The notes under the pieces: generated by a model | Seen by the model: only the letters and a program-made list of their open reading frames with translations | The model's database searches: none | What the model was told of the DNA's origin: nothing | From: Phoronis australis | Taxonomy: Eukaryota > Animalia > Phoronida | Reading direction: 5' to 3' | NCBI GenBank assembly: GCA_002633005.1 | Contig: NMRA01000025.1 | Span: 1,343,160 to 1,407,159, forward strand | DNA: 64,000 bases | In this document: piece after piece, positions 10,520 through 24,929 of the stretch | How the letters are laid out: each line of letters opens with the position of its first letter | Numbering within the stretch: position 1 is the stretch's first letter | Position numbers and translations under genes: made by a program

Positions 10520-13500
10520 GTAGGTGCTTTTTCAGTGGGCTAAACTGCTTCCAGAAAGAGATTCCCGCGACAGAGCAGAAGTTCTAGGAAAGTTGGCGAT
10601 TTAAAAAAGACAAAATTAAGGTCGCGTTGAAATCACTCTCTCGGCGAAACAGAATTGGTGACTGTTTGTTAACAAAAACGTGTTTGGTTTTAGAATTTTA
10701 GTCAATGCGAGACAACTCAACTCTTTCTGACGAATCACTGACTTTTTATCGGGTAGTATGTATACGGAAAAGAATTGCAAGGGTCAAGCGTTACACGAGT
10801 CTCAATGCTCCGTTAGTCAATTCATAAGCCATTGTGAAACTTCGGTGTAGATACTAAAAGAGTTTTGGTATGTTCTGTAGATGCGTCAATGAGGTCAAAT
10901 CTCGAGCTATAGCTTAGGCAGCAGTATCCGACTGAGTATTGATGTTTTGTGAATACACAGCGGCAAATGGCCCACAGGTCTATATGTTACATAATACAAA
11001 ATGTCTCGCTGTGGTCGGGCAAGGGTAAAAAGAGCCATAGATTCTCCTTTGCCACAACCAGAACTCAAACAACGCGTTCAACAGCGAAACCCAACAATAA
11101 CGAAACCAATAGGAATAACTCTTGCCACAGTTTAGGGCGTATCTATAGTTAACATCTTCTGAGACACCTGAAGAAGATTTTAGTGCATTTTAAATCATGA
11201 AATTGACTTTCCGAACTTAACTCGATTTTCGATTTCATTATGAATCGGGTAGAGTCCCCAGAAACCCCACCATAACNTATCTTAGGTCAGTCATTGTTTA
11301 GATTGGCCGTGATCGCGTCAGTGCCTACAATAGATTTTTGAGGCTAAGTGACACAAGCCATTCTCGGAGCTTCATTTCCACCTAATTGTCGGTCTTTTAA
11401 AAACGTTGTCAAAATAACGTCTACGTTAGACAAAAATGAGGGATAGAATAAAACCTTTAGAAATATTTTATGATGTAAAGTGACACGTCAGCATGCAAAG
11501 AAAATTAAGCACTAAGGTTTTGCATTAGAATTTTTACCAAAACGATAGTTTGGAACGTCGTGGTGAGACGCTCTTCAAACACTTTCGATATGGAGCGACC
11601 ATAGCTATAATTCATTGGTCCCGAAAATTGGACTTTTTCATGCAACATGTCACTGGATGTACACATCGTCTTGCTCCCGCAGTTCAGCTTTCAGGCGCAG
11701 CTGTTCAAGTTTTGTGACTGAACTTAAGAGTCACACTTGATCTCAAGATCACATATGCATGAACTTTTAAATTCGTCAATTTTAAGTTCATCAAGGCAAT
11801 TCGGAGTAGCAAAGAGGCTTACGAACTTTGTTTACAGTACATGGTCAGATGGAACTTTTTTCGAACTACAAAAAGAATTTTTGCAATAATTTGCCTCACA
11901 ATGACCCTTGGTGGAGCATGGGAGTAATTGCTTGGTGAAAATAGTCGCTACAGTTGTGAGTAGACTACGTCGCAGCGACAAAGGTTGAAAAAAACGGGAT
12001 ACAAATTTGTATTATTTTTGAACATCTGTTTTGCTGTAGCGCACTACAATTTTTACCAATACGATCGTTTGTTTAATCTCCACATTTCTTGAGTGAACTT
12101 GAAGTTATAAGTTTACTTGAGTATTCTAAATAAGTTCACGCACGAAACAATTACTTCATTGGCGGCCATTTTGCTATAGCCGTTCACATTGCTGTGATCT
12201 AGTGTGAGCGATCTCGTAACATTCACAGGATACTGTAGAGTTACTGAACTCACCCCGATCATTTTAGTAGCATTCAACACTGGTAACTTTTTATCAAAAC
12301 ATTTGCCAAATACCTCAAACTTGTGCCGTTGTACAACAGATTGTAAATTTGATGTTGAGAAGTTTTTGGCCGTTTTTCAGTAGCTGTTGCTCAGTTTTTG
12401 CAAGTTCTCTCACTCGTGCCATATCATGCCAGTCCCCTGGTTTACGGCATTTCAGCTCCACATCACCATAGTGTCCCAAAAAGATGGCACGATGATCACG
12501 CAATATGTGCACGTTTTCAAGTCTAACATGACAGGCGTATTAAGCCTTCCATTTCGCCTTGCAAACCAATATAGGGCTAATGAACCTTTAAAGGGTACGG
12601 TAATATATACCGTTGAATATTTCGTCTGAATCACTTGAATTTACCACCAGACAACTGTGACAATTTGTCGGCATGATGGCCGCAGAGAGTTTATAAAAAA
12701 ACTAGGAAATATCACACAGCACTAAAGCCATGCAAGGATGATGCAGAACGCTGTCCGCCAACTACCTTATCGCCATCTAGTGACAAGGCGTATTTCATAA
12801 CGTGGTTGTTGCTCGAAAAATGACTGAATTATCAGATGGAACCGCGAACATCATTCGACGGGCTTCTGTAATCGTTATTCACGCGTAATAATCGAATGCG
12901 CTGTTACCGATATATACTCACCGGCTTCAAAAAGCTCAAGTATCATGGTCACGTATTATTTTGAGATCGTTTGTTTCCAGCTGAATCGGTTTGCATTGCA
13001 ATTTCTTTCTTGAAGTAAGCAGAGTGAGCTACTTCAAAAGCGCCCAATGAAAGCTTGAACTAGGAAATCTCCGGGAACAGATTTTCCTGAACCTACGTAA
13101 ATTTTTTTTTCACTGTATTTTAACTAGCAATACGTTTATACCATTGCTTTAAGATGACTGGAAACTATTATAATAGTGTTAGAACAGTCTCTCTGTAGAT
13201 TCACAAAAAGCATAATTCCTTTTTATCCAGTGGACACGATATCTGACCGCCAAAAATTCACGTGAAGTCTTTATCTGGTGTTCTCCACGTTCCAGAAAGC
13301 AAACCATAAATAATTGTTCCTAGGTTAGGTAAATTCATCACATCATGCTGATAAATAAATCATCTACCCTGCCATGTCGAACAGTCGGTCCACTTGCCTA
13401 TTTCGATTGCAGTTATGGTATTACAATTACTGGTACAAAATTTCCCTAAGGTAAGAAAACAACCTCTTTGTCTCGTTCATAATGGAATTATTGGTTATTT

Positions 13501-14480
13501 GCATAGACTATGTAACTGGTATGCCTAGTCTATTAGACAAATTTCCCTGTTCTTCTTGAACTCAGAGCTGAGCTGTGTGTTCTTTGATTGGGCCAAAAAC
13601 TATGTAGTTGGTTTTGGTCTTTGTTTTTTGATTTTTAAAATCGACATGGTGGTGCGGTATTTTTGTTTTTAGCTGCTCAGTTTTTCAAAAACTAAAATCC
13701 ACCCGAGACGAGCAAAAATGATGCGAGATTTTTTTATTCTGTCATCTCTTGGCAAATCATACGCGTTTTCGCAGCTTTTGAAAATAAAAAAACTTGACTG
13801 CAATCGATGCGCCCTGGTGTTGTTTTTTCTTTTTAGTCGGTGATCGCTGATCTCACAAAGTGAGTTGGAATACAAACCAGAACTAATTGCGCTCTTTTGA
13901 TACTCTATCTTTAATGTTTCAATATTTTTAACGTAGACGGTGACTTGTGCAATTGATTTGAAACAATTGAAATATATGAGGCCGATTTTTTGAAAGTAAA
14001 AGGCCTAATTCGGCTTTTGTGTTTTAGCCATCTCTGATCAGGACGCCTTGTGAAAGTTTGATTTCTCTGTACTTTAATGATACAGAATTTGCATACATGC
14101 CAGCTGATATTTTTGGAAGCAAGTTGAACGCTGTCACAATACCTCAGTTTGTAAAACTCGTAGCGTACGTTCGTGTCACGTTCGAACAATCCAAAAGCTC
14201 GCCTGTCGCAATTATTCAAGAAATCTTGTGAAATTGGTTTGGCAAATTGCAGATAACTGTTTTGTCAGTGTATCTGGACATTGTGTTGACATCGTCAAAG
14301 TTGTATGTGTGTCTAATTAGCGCCATCCTATGGACCAGTCCACACAAAACTTGGCAGCAAAGGCAGTGTGATCACGTGTATCGCTTGTAATGCATGGCGT
14401 TGTCTCGCAAATACTTGCTGGATCTTAATGCGTGTTCAAAAGTGACATTACCGACGAGAAAAGTGATTCTTTTGAGATCA

Positions 14481-14540
14481 GCCTCAGCTCGGATTCGAAC
14501 CTGCAACCTCCTGATTTGCAGCCTGTCGGACCTTAACCGT
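14481..14540 (-). mobile_element. tRNA(Cys)-like fragment, SINE head or tRNA pseudogene
   Basis: Minus strand ...ggttaaggtccgacaggCTGCAAAtcaggaggttgcagGTTCGAATCcgagctgaggc: GCA anticodon-like loop and B box; 5' acceptor strand missing and stems imperfect. Confidence 0.55.
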
Positions 14541-17325
14541 ACTTGATGAATGACAAAATAACACTGTGGAAGAGTCATCGGCCTTGTTTCAAGCGAATGT
14601 CTGTCAATTTGTAATAAAATCTCAAAAACACAACGGATTTTGTTGCTTTATAGCTTTGGTCAAAGACATTAGCTTCAAGGTGTCTATCCCTTTCAACAAT
14701 ATTCCCAAAAATGCCTTTTTAGGCCCTAACACCGACAATGTCCTTTAAACGCAGCACAGGTGATGATAATTATGTACTCGCAGCTTTCAAAATGCTAACA
14801 AAAGCAAAACAATGAAACTCTTTGTGTTTGTAGGGCCATAGTTAATCGTGCTTCCACACATCCTTCTTCGCGCAGTTTATAGCGGGGCCTCGAATTTCAT
14901 TTACGTGAAATTAATTAACGAAATTCTATACATTGTTTGCCAATCAGCCCGAGGCTAAAGCTCAATAATGTACACGTTGAATTTGAAGCTGAAAAAAGTC
15001 TTGCATAATTTGCTCCTGGCAACGGCGCGGTAATAGCATCGCCTTAGGGTGGCACTTAGTGAAAACAATAACGAACTCTTAAAGGACTAAACACCTGACA
15101 TCGTCATGGAATTAGGCTCTTTGGGCCTTAGCCGCGAGCAAAAGAATGATCGTACGTCTGTCCACTAAAGGCAACACTCGCTTTAGACCACCATCGGGCT
15201 GAAGACTAGGAAAAGTGATCGTCTGTCTTTTCGTGTCATGAAGTCACGTGCTTGAGAGAAAGGGAAGTGACGTGGCCTTTGTGTATTGTTAGAAAGTAGG
15301 TTCAACAATCGATTTTTTTAGTGTACTGGGTTTGTGCTTAATAGTTTCGAAATTTAAATGACTTTTCTCAAGTCATAGATTCGTTTCTTCACTTTGTTGA
15401 ACCAATTTTTCGTTTGTTTTATCTGATTTTTGGAGAAAGTAGAGGCCTGACTGGTTTTATTTTTCATAACTATTAATGTATGACAACTACTGAAGTGTGT
15501 GAACTTTATATTTTTAAAACATTGGATTTTGGACACATATTCAGCAAAAAGTAGAAGATAGAAAACACACCTCTGGTGTGCATTAAACACTGACACACCA
15601 ACTTCATTCTCAGAATGTTAGAGCCTGTCTTAAATAGGCCATGTCTCAATAAATTGTGAATATGCGAATGAAGTACTTTTTTACAAACAACAACGGGTCT
15701 TCCATGTGTCAGAAACCATTTGAGAACCAGTTACCATTTCAATCTCTCGAAAGTCTGCTTTTGCGATACTATTTTTATGTAAATGAGTATGGTAATATTT
15801 TATCGTTATCCTAATGAAACAAGGTACAGATTTTATTATTTGTTTATTTTACTATTGAATAACGCTTACGTACTATTTGGAATTATTAGATTTTAGATGT
15901 TAATACTTGTTTTTAATTGTACCAGTTGTGATGTTTTCTTTAAAACCGTAATTTATTTATAAATTGTTTCTTTTCCTGATTTTACTTGTAAACGCAGTTC
16001 TCCAGCAAGTCACCAGGTGGCGCTTGATACAAATTTGAATATTCACGGTCTTATGAGACATAGCAACTTTGACGTTTCGATGAAATGGAGACGCTCGGAA
16101 ACGGGCAACTTTGGCACCAAAACTGGTGAATACTTATTTACATATAGGTTACGTGACTTGCCAACACATGCATTGAAGGCGACACCGTCCAGGGGATCCC
16201 TAGTATATAACAAATGGTTTCGACTTTCGTTCGGTTCCCGCTCAATCCGCTGGGTCAAACATCTTTAGAATGTTGTGAAAACTACCCTATTGTGACTACA
16301 CCCTTACGAATTAGCAAAGTTTGAGATATTCCATAAAGTAAGATCATGATTAAAAGTTTCCAAGACAATTAACGAGATATACGACATGTAATAAAGCAAG
16401 CCACGTGACAGCTAGCGCATGTTCCCTACCCAAGATTTTTAGAAAAGTTCTTTCCAGCATTCTAAAAGAATTGTCAAAATTTGATTAATGTCTTGCCAAA
16501 ATTTGAAAACATTTGACACGGTACTAAAACATTAGCTTCGTCCCCTCACCGCCAGGAGGATAAATTAGCAAGAATTAATGAACACGTCTCGTATGGCTTG
16601 GGAAACCCGGCCGCGTTTGATAGTCGAAGAGTTTTCCACCGTTCCACCAATCGTTACCCGGTTTTTTTACTAATTTAATTATCGACTGGGTCTTATCCGC
16701 TCTCCATTGCTCCACCATTGCAGTTGGTTTAGTTACCACCGCGCCAGCATAGGTGGCGCTCGTTTTTTTTTGAAGCGGGCAGAAAGTGTAGGCACGATTA
16801 TAAAAAATGCTGGCACGATTTTTAGAGAATCTCTCGAGATTCATAGAAAATCTTGGAAATACTGAATTTATTGTTGTCTTGAGTTGGAAATACGGTCTTG
16901 ATTTTCGTCAATTTAGCATGCCATACCCACTGGCCTCGAGGTATAAATGAACCAATGTTTTTATGGAGTGAATTCTCAGCATGGAGTTCTTTGATGTGGA
17001 GGTTGGATCTCTTTATTACTGACTGAATCCTGGTGACTGTCTCGCAGTTGTACATCTGATGATGATGATGGGTGAAATGCATATAAACGTTGTTTATTCA
17101 CAATGCACATCAGCGTCGCTTTTACTGTTTTCAATTTTTGACGGTTTTTGTTCAAGAGATGAGAAATCAAAAATAAGCCCTTGTTGTTGCTTATCCTCAA
17201 ACTGAAGAAGCTTGCTCGCTCCTTTTCATTTCAACTTTAAGGCAAGTGTGTGTAATTACCCAAATATCTACAGAACTCAGTAAAAGTACATAGTATACAT
17301 GCATGTATTTTACAATGTTACGTTT

Positions 17326-17527
17326 ATTTGTATTAAGGCCTCTGGCCCAAAGTACAATACAAAAATAAAGTGGCACATTTGCACACTCAGTCAACCCATG
17401 TAAGAGTTGTTCTTTTCTTTAAGGGCAGAATACACATATTTAATAACATATATATCTGAATAAGGTAGCAATCGTATACTTAATTTTTGTTTATTGTACT
17501 TTGGCCCAGAGGCCTTTAATACAAATA
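17326..17527. mobile_element. MITE-like inverted repeat (~45-bp arms)
   Basis: atttgtattaaggcctctggcccaaagtacaata pairs with tattgtactttggcccagaggcctttaatacaaat. Confidence 0.7.
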
Positions 17528-18314
17528 CATGTATTTTCTGAAAATAGAATCCCTGTAACTTAGGTTTTTAACTTTTTATCAGTCTGCCATTAATCAAGGG
17601 TCGCGTGGTCATGTCTTTTTTGTAAAATTTGGCAAAAAGAGAAGATACATTGATAGCAAAACCACGGTATCAATTACATGATCAAATTTCATTTGATATA
17701 CAGTGGGAATGCTAGAGATGAAGTATCCGTTGGCTTTATTCACCTTCTTGAATGAATAAAGCAAAGTATCAGAAAGTTTCATATGAATCCTATCAGCCGT
17801 TCCTGAGATACGATGTTCCAAATTAAGCCCCCATTTGGACAGTTTTCTAGGGTCCTACATAACTTTGAAACTGAAAATTGAAATCGTTGCCTTTGTCAGA
17901 ACTTCTCCCGGTCCTCTGGTGAGGGTCTATTAGAGTAGACTGATATTCTAAAATTAAATAGTATGTCAAAAATTGGTGGGTAGGTTAGGACAAGTGATTG
18001 CTCGTAATTGCTCACCAAACTTTTACACATTTTTCTTTTCGTACAACAAGTGCGCAAGAACCCATTGCAGTGTTCTATGAAATTATTCTGCCAAATCCTT
18101 TCTCTTTGTTACATTTTCTGATGTCGAACATGCGGTTAAACAATGGTAAACCAACTCGAGTCCGTTGCCTTAGGCGAAATGGAATTAAAATTGTCGCAGG
18201 TTGTGTTTTCAATAGAGATTTGAAGCCTACTTCTCATTGGTTGCATACTATAAATAAAGGCATATTGTAAGGTCAGGAGGATTTAAATCGTAGACCGTCT
18301 GCGACCAATAACAG

Positions 18315-18625
18315 TTATGGTGGCAGTGACAACGATGATGACAGCGGGTGGACGATGGAGACGGTGATTGTTATGACGAAGATTAAGATGATTATGGTGA
18401 TGACGATGATGATGGCGGGTGATAGTGATGATAGGTGATCATCACTGATAATGCCGACGATGATGATGGGTGATGGTGATGACGACCATGATGATGGGTG
18501 ATGGTGATGACGAATTAGGGGATGATGGGTGTTGGTGATGACGACAATACCGATGAGTGACAACGAAGATGATGGTGATGATCCTGGAGACGATGATGTT
18601 TGGCGATGGTGATGAAGACGATGAA
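18315..18625. repeat. Degenerate (GAT/GAC/GGT)n low-complexity tract
   Basis: Visible GATGATGAC/GGTGAT triplets; source of spurious His/Ser/Ile-rich ORFs. Confidence 0.9.
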
Positions 18626-19911
18626 TTAAATAAATAGATGTGATAATTGTTATAAAATCGTCAATAATGACTACAATTATGGTAACGACAGGGCTGAAGA
18701 ATGAGTTACTAAAGAGATAGTGATAGCAACAGGACAACGTCATCGTGTTCTGAAATTCAAAAATTATAAAAAAACATTGCTATACAAAGGCAACGCATTG
18801 TTCACTTCGGTTTCCTCTTGTGGGGGATAACCGAATTTTCTCTACACCACCAGTGTGCGTTAATCAAAACCAAAAATCTTTTTTGTTATCGAAACATGTC
18901 GTGAAAAAAACTTGGGTCCTGAAACGTCGGAAGTGAGTCAGAATAACTTGACATGGTTTTAATTCGGCACCCTTCGCACACAAGACGATAATATGCGCAG
19001 GTTTTGTTAGTCATTTATAGCCCGCGGGTACTTTTACCGCTAACAGTTGATTGTGTATAATTCCGCGAACTACAAATGTCGGCTATGCACGAAAGCGCGT
19101 TCAGTTTGTTCAGCTTGGCGCTCTGGTTCGGTAGTTGGCTCACAGCCATACAAGTCTATTGTGCAATTAGTTCGATTTTGTTTTCACAGCATCTATCGCA
19201 GGGAACCAAATCCTCCATCTCGCCTATAGAACCATTGTTTTGCAACGACGATGCCCCCAGGTTTCGCTCAGAGGTAAAGCTTGAGTAATTATTTTGCCGT
19301 CTCTTTTACCGAATGTTTAGGGGATATTTTTTGTCGGAACACGTGTTGAGGAGACGCGGGCGTTTCGTACTGAGGGAACTATACCCGATACAAAGAGATT
19401 GTTGTACATTTGTCCTCGAGTCGACAACATGCCTTACTAGTGGCAACTCGATCCTTGTGCACCAGAGTGAGAAATTCGAGTTCTTCAACAGATTACAAAT
19501 GAAATGGTGTCGAGTAAAACCCTTGATAAAGGAAATAGAGACAATTTCAATTCTGGGTTTTGTCATATCGTAGCTATTGTTTTGTCTGGACAGATGGCGA
19601 AGCAATTGATCTATTGATTTAATGCTCTGCAGACGTTTTCAGACACTCTGGTCAACGACACCTATTCAGACACTGTCATTTATTGACCATATTCATGTTT
19701 ACGTTTCAGTAACGGTACCTTTTACTAGACTAGAGCAAATACAATTTAAGTACGCGTTTGAAAAATTATGTTTATTTTTGTCATGGACTTCTATTTAACT
19801 CCATGTTTTTTTGCAAATTGTTACATACAAATGTATATAGTTTTACTGTTGCTGTGCAATTGTAGAACTTGGTATGATAGATGTTTCAGCTAACCTGTCA
19901 ATTTTTTTCAG

Positions 19912-20145
19912 AATGACTTCCCGAACGTCACCACTGCCCGCGTCTCAGTCGCCTAGCATGTCGCCTGCTTCAGCCAACGGTCTCTCAACCAACACAAGCA
20001 CGTCTGTTCAGTTGTTCGTGCGTCAACAGCTCAACGCGCCAATATCTGGGGTACCTTATCCCGCAACCCCCACACGATACACGGCCCCAGTCCATATTGA
20101 TGTCGGCGGCAGCATCTACACGTCTTCGCTCGAAACGCTGACCAA
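19912..20145 (+). CDS. KCTD15: KCTD1/KCTD15 BTB/POZ-domain protein, exon encoding the N-terminus and start of the BTB domain
   Basis: Acceptor ttttttcag|19912, ATG 19913, ...[33 protein letters not shown] matching the KCTD1/15 signature ([21 protein letters not shown]); donor AA|gtaagt at 20146, phase 2. Confidence 0.95.
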
Positions 20146-23100
20146 GTAAGTTTAGACGTGTGGTGACATTGAAATTTTCATGTGGATGATGAACAGGTTA
20201 GGTCTGAGTGCGCGAAAGATTAAAAATTATCACTCTCCGCAGTCGCAGGTTTGTTGGTGACTATTAGCGCAGGACGTTAGCTGAACACAACGTCAATTGA
20301 CTTGTTGAGGAAAACTTCGTTATCTGCGAACGGTATGTGGTATTTCCATGACGCTGTTGCAAATGATCCTAAACAAATAAAATCGTACGAAAATCCAGTC
20401 TTGACTCCGTGTAGGACTCAGGAGGTATTTTCTTCATGTACAAAATCGAACAGTGTACAGTGGGAAATATAAAATTATGACGCAGTGAAAATTGTACACT
20501 TAGTAGATTAAAAGTCAGTAGATGAAAGTAGGTAATGACCGTTTCTCGACTGACCCGTGGTGACCATCATCATCCACCATCAATTGACCGCCTGAGCATT
20601 CTTTTTGCTCAAATTTCCAAGAACACAAGAACATTTTTGCTGGTAATATAGCTTCAAACTTCCCAGTGACTTGGGAAGGTCGCACATTGTTATTGGATAA
20701 AAACACGATCTTGATACTCATTAACTAGTTATGCGCACGAGATGCTTTATGGTAGTTTTAAGAAAATCTATTCTTTCTGTAAATTTCTAATTTTAAACAT
20801 TTTTGAAAGATGTTATTTTTGTAAATTTTACATTCTCTGTGTTCATATTCATTCATTCAAGCATCTGTAATCTAAGATCAACAACTAAATTACTTATAGG
20901 AAACGGTTGACGCGATCACTCAAGACTAATCGTTTCCTTTTCAGCAAAAGTTAGCACTTGAATCATCAGTCATTGAATTGGGGATGATATTTATGGAATT
21001 ACCTAGATAATCAGACTGTTTTTGCTACATGCCAAGTGTTATTCGGCAAACATTCATTGTTCATATTCAAGTCTTAACTCTTAGTTCAATACGGTACCGC
21101 TAAGTACAGAAGTTAGTAAACGCTTGTGTGTACCTGACAATTACAGGGTAAGATGTTGAAAACAAATCTTAATTCAGGTTTCGTAGGGATATCAAGGCCA
21201 TTGCTTGATGATCCATTGCCTTCTGTTAATTGAAATCTGGATCAGTCGTTCAACATTTCTCTTGGCAGTTCCGCCTGACCAAAGCATTTTATAAATTGCA
21301 CTTCGCGTCGCTAATGGACAGCGATGGCTCACGGCTACTAAATAATGGAAATATTTGCAGATTCGAGCACAAAACCACGACTTGCCCCAGGCTATTTGAA
21401 TAATGGGGATTATTATCACCGCAGGGAATTGCGGTTATTTGCTAATGCGGACCGTAGTGACACCTTCAGGGATCGCCTCAAGGATGTTTCAATTCGCAGC
21501 AGACGTACAGAAGTACACCGGCTCCTCAGGTTCACGCGTGTTCGCTCAGATGTAGTTCATTATCAATGTTCGTAAACAAAAAAAGTTGCACAATTCTCAT
21601 CTAACAGGCATTGCACTATGCTCCTATTACTAATTAAGTGAAGTTATTCTCACAGTACACAGCTTAATTACTAGCCGCTCCACTGTACAGAGAGATAAAG
21701 TTAGATTTGTCTTGTTAGGACATATGAATACTGTTCTTTATTTCAAGATTGTCTTATTGTAGGAATCATCCACGAGTCAGTAGACTTTTAATGAGCAAAA
21801 ATTATTTTCGGTTGCAGCTAAATGTTAAAGTGATGATCTTTTGTTAAACTAAAAAAACTCTAGGAGTGACTGGTCCTAGAGTCACTGTCTTTTGATTAAA
21901 CGTAGGGTCTAAGAATTTACAGACTCCGAAAGAGTTGTTCAACTACCATTGGAGCCTCTTTATCGCCGTCTTCATCGTCATCTTCATCGTCACTCTTTCC
22001 GTCATCGTTGTCTCGAATGCCTCGTCTTCAGCTAGTACTAGCTGCGCGATCATGATCGTCATTTTTCCCACAACCTATCATCAGGCAGAGATTCACGTGA
22101 CTTTGAAGTGAACCTCTAGTCGTAACATACACTTGAGTCGATTTTGTGTAAAATTCATTTTACAGTTAAAACAGCAGAACAGTTGCTTTGAAACGACAGG
22201 TGGTCTTTCCTTGGGCTCTCGTTGAAGATGTGCCCCCGGGAAATGTCTGAGCAGAGCACTGGATTAGACTCCCACGGTCTAAATATCACTTTTATTTCAA
22301 GCTCCCTTTCGTTCTCTGAGTGAAGCACTTAACTGGTAAATCACGTGCATCACGTGAGCCTGTGTTTCCATCTCATGCAGTTTCCAGCCCAAAACAAAAT
22401 TAAAACTTGGTCATTGGTCACAACAAATCCATCTCGAAATGCTCCTGATTTTGATAGGACTTTCTCGGTGCTACCGCGAAAAAGGTCTGTACAAGCCAAA
22501 AATAGTTTCAGTCAGGGGCTGGCTATCCCTCTTAACATTTGTCTGTTTCATAATTCAGTAGCAAGTTCAGTATTCATCGCTTTCAATTGATTGTTTTTGA
22601 AAATGATCACGGCCAGGAAACTGGCATGTTTGATGAGCACATTTCTTTCTACACTCCACCTCAAACAGTAGTTGAAAAGGAAGCGTAGTTTCACTGCTGG
22701 AAATTTACTCACTTTCGGCTTCACTTTCGTTACGCGTTTCATCATTTATGCCCAGCGTCCCATTTGTGGGGCACTAGAAATTGTGAAAAATACTCAAAAT
22801 GTGGAGAATTAAAACACTTGACCAATTTTTATTTCAGAAGTCGCAGAATTCATTCTTTCAAAACATGAAGTATAAAATTGAATTTGGGATTGCCATTATG
22901 TTTCCTTGTGGTGAGACCGCCGAAGTGGTTGAATTAATTATTGTTGTTGTTTGGTTGGCAAAATTCATTAATGGCCTAAACCATAGAAAAGGTAACAGTT
23001 TGAAAACGAGGCCGTGCGATTGGCATGGCATGCGCATGTATGTAATTGAGCTAGCACAGGAAATATTGGCCAGAAGTTGACCAATTAATTTGCGTACACG

Positions 23101-23978
23101 TACAGGGCTCCCTCTTTTGAGACCCACTTTTCTCCACTGAATAATGAACATTAAACTGGTTCTGCCTGTGTGACCTATAGATAGGGGTGCTTATGCGATA
23201 AAGCTGACATTTTTAGTGGATAAAAATTTGAATTTTCTTTCCATTTCAATACACAGTAAGTACGCATGACGTCACACAGTAATTTAGAAATTCACATTGC
23301 CTTGTTGGAGTCATTGTACGTTAAACGAATACTGGCCTGTTAGAAATTAGGTATACTAAGCCTTGAAACTACGAATAACCGTGTTAGATAACAGAGTGGC
23401 TTGAAACAGTCCCAATCAAAACAGGTCTCAGTCCTCAAGCATGTTCGCGTACATGGGCCTAGCTACTCAGTACACTGCCCGCAGGCCCATGTTTTAGTCT
23501 GGTTATCCCGCTGACTACATCAGATCTCGCGTGATCTTACACGCCACCTGCGGAGAACAATGCAACAGTCTTTACGGCTTCCGACTCCATTCACCATTTT
23601 ACGGTTTTCGGAGTGTGAATACAATGCATTTAATTGGGCTGAGCATGATATCTCAGTTAGTCGTGTACTTAGACCATATAACGAGCCAATTTAATTTGCC
23701 GAACACTTTAAAAACGATTTTCCAGTAGCCGCTCGCAATCATTAAAATAGTTGTCTCAGTAGAAGAATTACTGTGTAAAAAAGAACGTGATTTGATTGGC
23801 CGCTCAAACATTTCGTGCTGTGCGAGTTGGTCTCTTGTTGGGTGGATTTTAAGCTGTTTTGCACTACTGTTTTGAATTGGTGTTCTTGAAAACTGAGCGC
23901 TACATCTAGTGAAAAAATCTGCGACTTCCGACTAGGTTTGAACAAAATTTAGACCGTTCAACAGGATACACATGTCTT

Positions 23979-24407
23979 CCGGGATTTTCCGTAAATAAGC
24001 GTGTATTCGAAAAAGGAAAATTTTCAGGTCTTTTATTAACACCAAATAGACGCCCGGGCGTTTATTCGGAAAAGAGGAGCGTGTAAACGGAAAGTCATAG
24101 ATAGTTTTGCTGAGTTTGACATTTTTATTTAAAACTGTGTTCTTTAAATTTTATGTTAATAAATGCATAGCTCGACAACACCTTGTTCGTTTTTGTAAAT
24201 GATAAATGCTCACGAAACTTAATTTGTGACAAAAAGTTGTAGCTGAGTGGGCTTTCAAGAGGAAATTTTCTGAACAACCCCCCACCCCCCACTATCTGGA
24301 CACTCGACACCAGAAGTAGTAACACCCATGGTCGTTTAGTCGGGATAATTTTCCGATTAAAGACCCATGGGCGTTTCATCGGGTAGACTTATCTACGAAA
24401 ATCCCGG
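23979..24407. mobile_element. Tc1/pogo-like MITE inserted in a degenerate ~60-bp tandem array
   Basis: TIR ccgggattttccgtaaataag ... cttatctacgaaaatcccgg followed by TA; array units (aaatttagaccgttaacac...acgacttccgactaag) occur on both sides (23915-23975 and 24410-24650). Confidence 0.65.
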
Positions 24408-24929
24408 TACGATTTCGAGCTAAGTCAAAGCAAATTTAAGACCGGTTAACACGGCAAACATATGAAGTACTTCCGAAAAAGTTGGAAAAAATTAAGACCG
24501 TTTGACACAGCAAGTATGTCCACGACTTGCGACTAAGTTTAGTTAGATCAAATCTGAGACCGTTAACACGACAAACATATCTACGACTTCCAACTAAATG
24601 AGGACAAGTTTTAGACGGTTTAACATGTCAAAAATGGTCTATGAGCTTCACCAGTCTTACAACTACGGAAAATTTTATCGATAATTTTTCTTCTGGTATC
24701 ATTTTTGTAAATATCAGCATTCAGCATATCATTTTGGAGGTAGCTATAAGTAATTTATAGACATCAGTATTTAAGTTTTCTTCATTTTTTAACTTTGACG
24801 TTTTTGAATTGTTCTATCAACCTCGGGTATATAAGTTAAACAGCTGCTTAACATATTTTCACACAAAAACACTTGAAACTCTGCCCACATTTCCTTTAAG
24901 CCTTAGCATAAAAAACAAGCAAGTTAAAC

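Noticed and set aside
13502-13533. Third CATAGAC footprint
   Set aside because: Right end is imperfect and there is no flanking 7-bp duplication.
14481-14540. Functional tRNA-Cys gene
   Set aside because: 5' acceptor and D-arm are missing and the T and anticodon stems are mispaired.
18315-18743. His/Ser/Ile-rich ORF (also 27293-27523)
   Set aside because: Translation of (GAT)n low-complexity DNA.
19874-19911. ORF-track start [13 protein letters not shown] for KCTD15
   Set aside because: It runs through a branch-point-like ctaac and polypyrimidine acceptor (ttttttcag); intronic.
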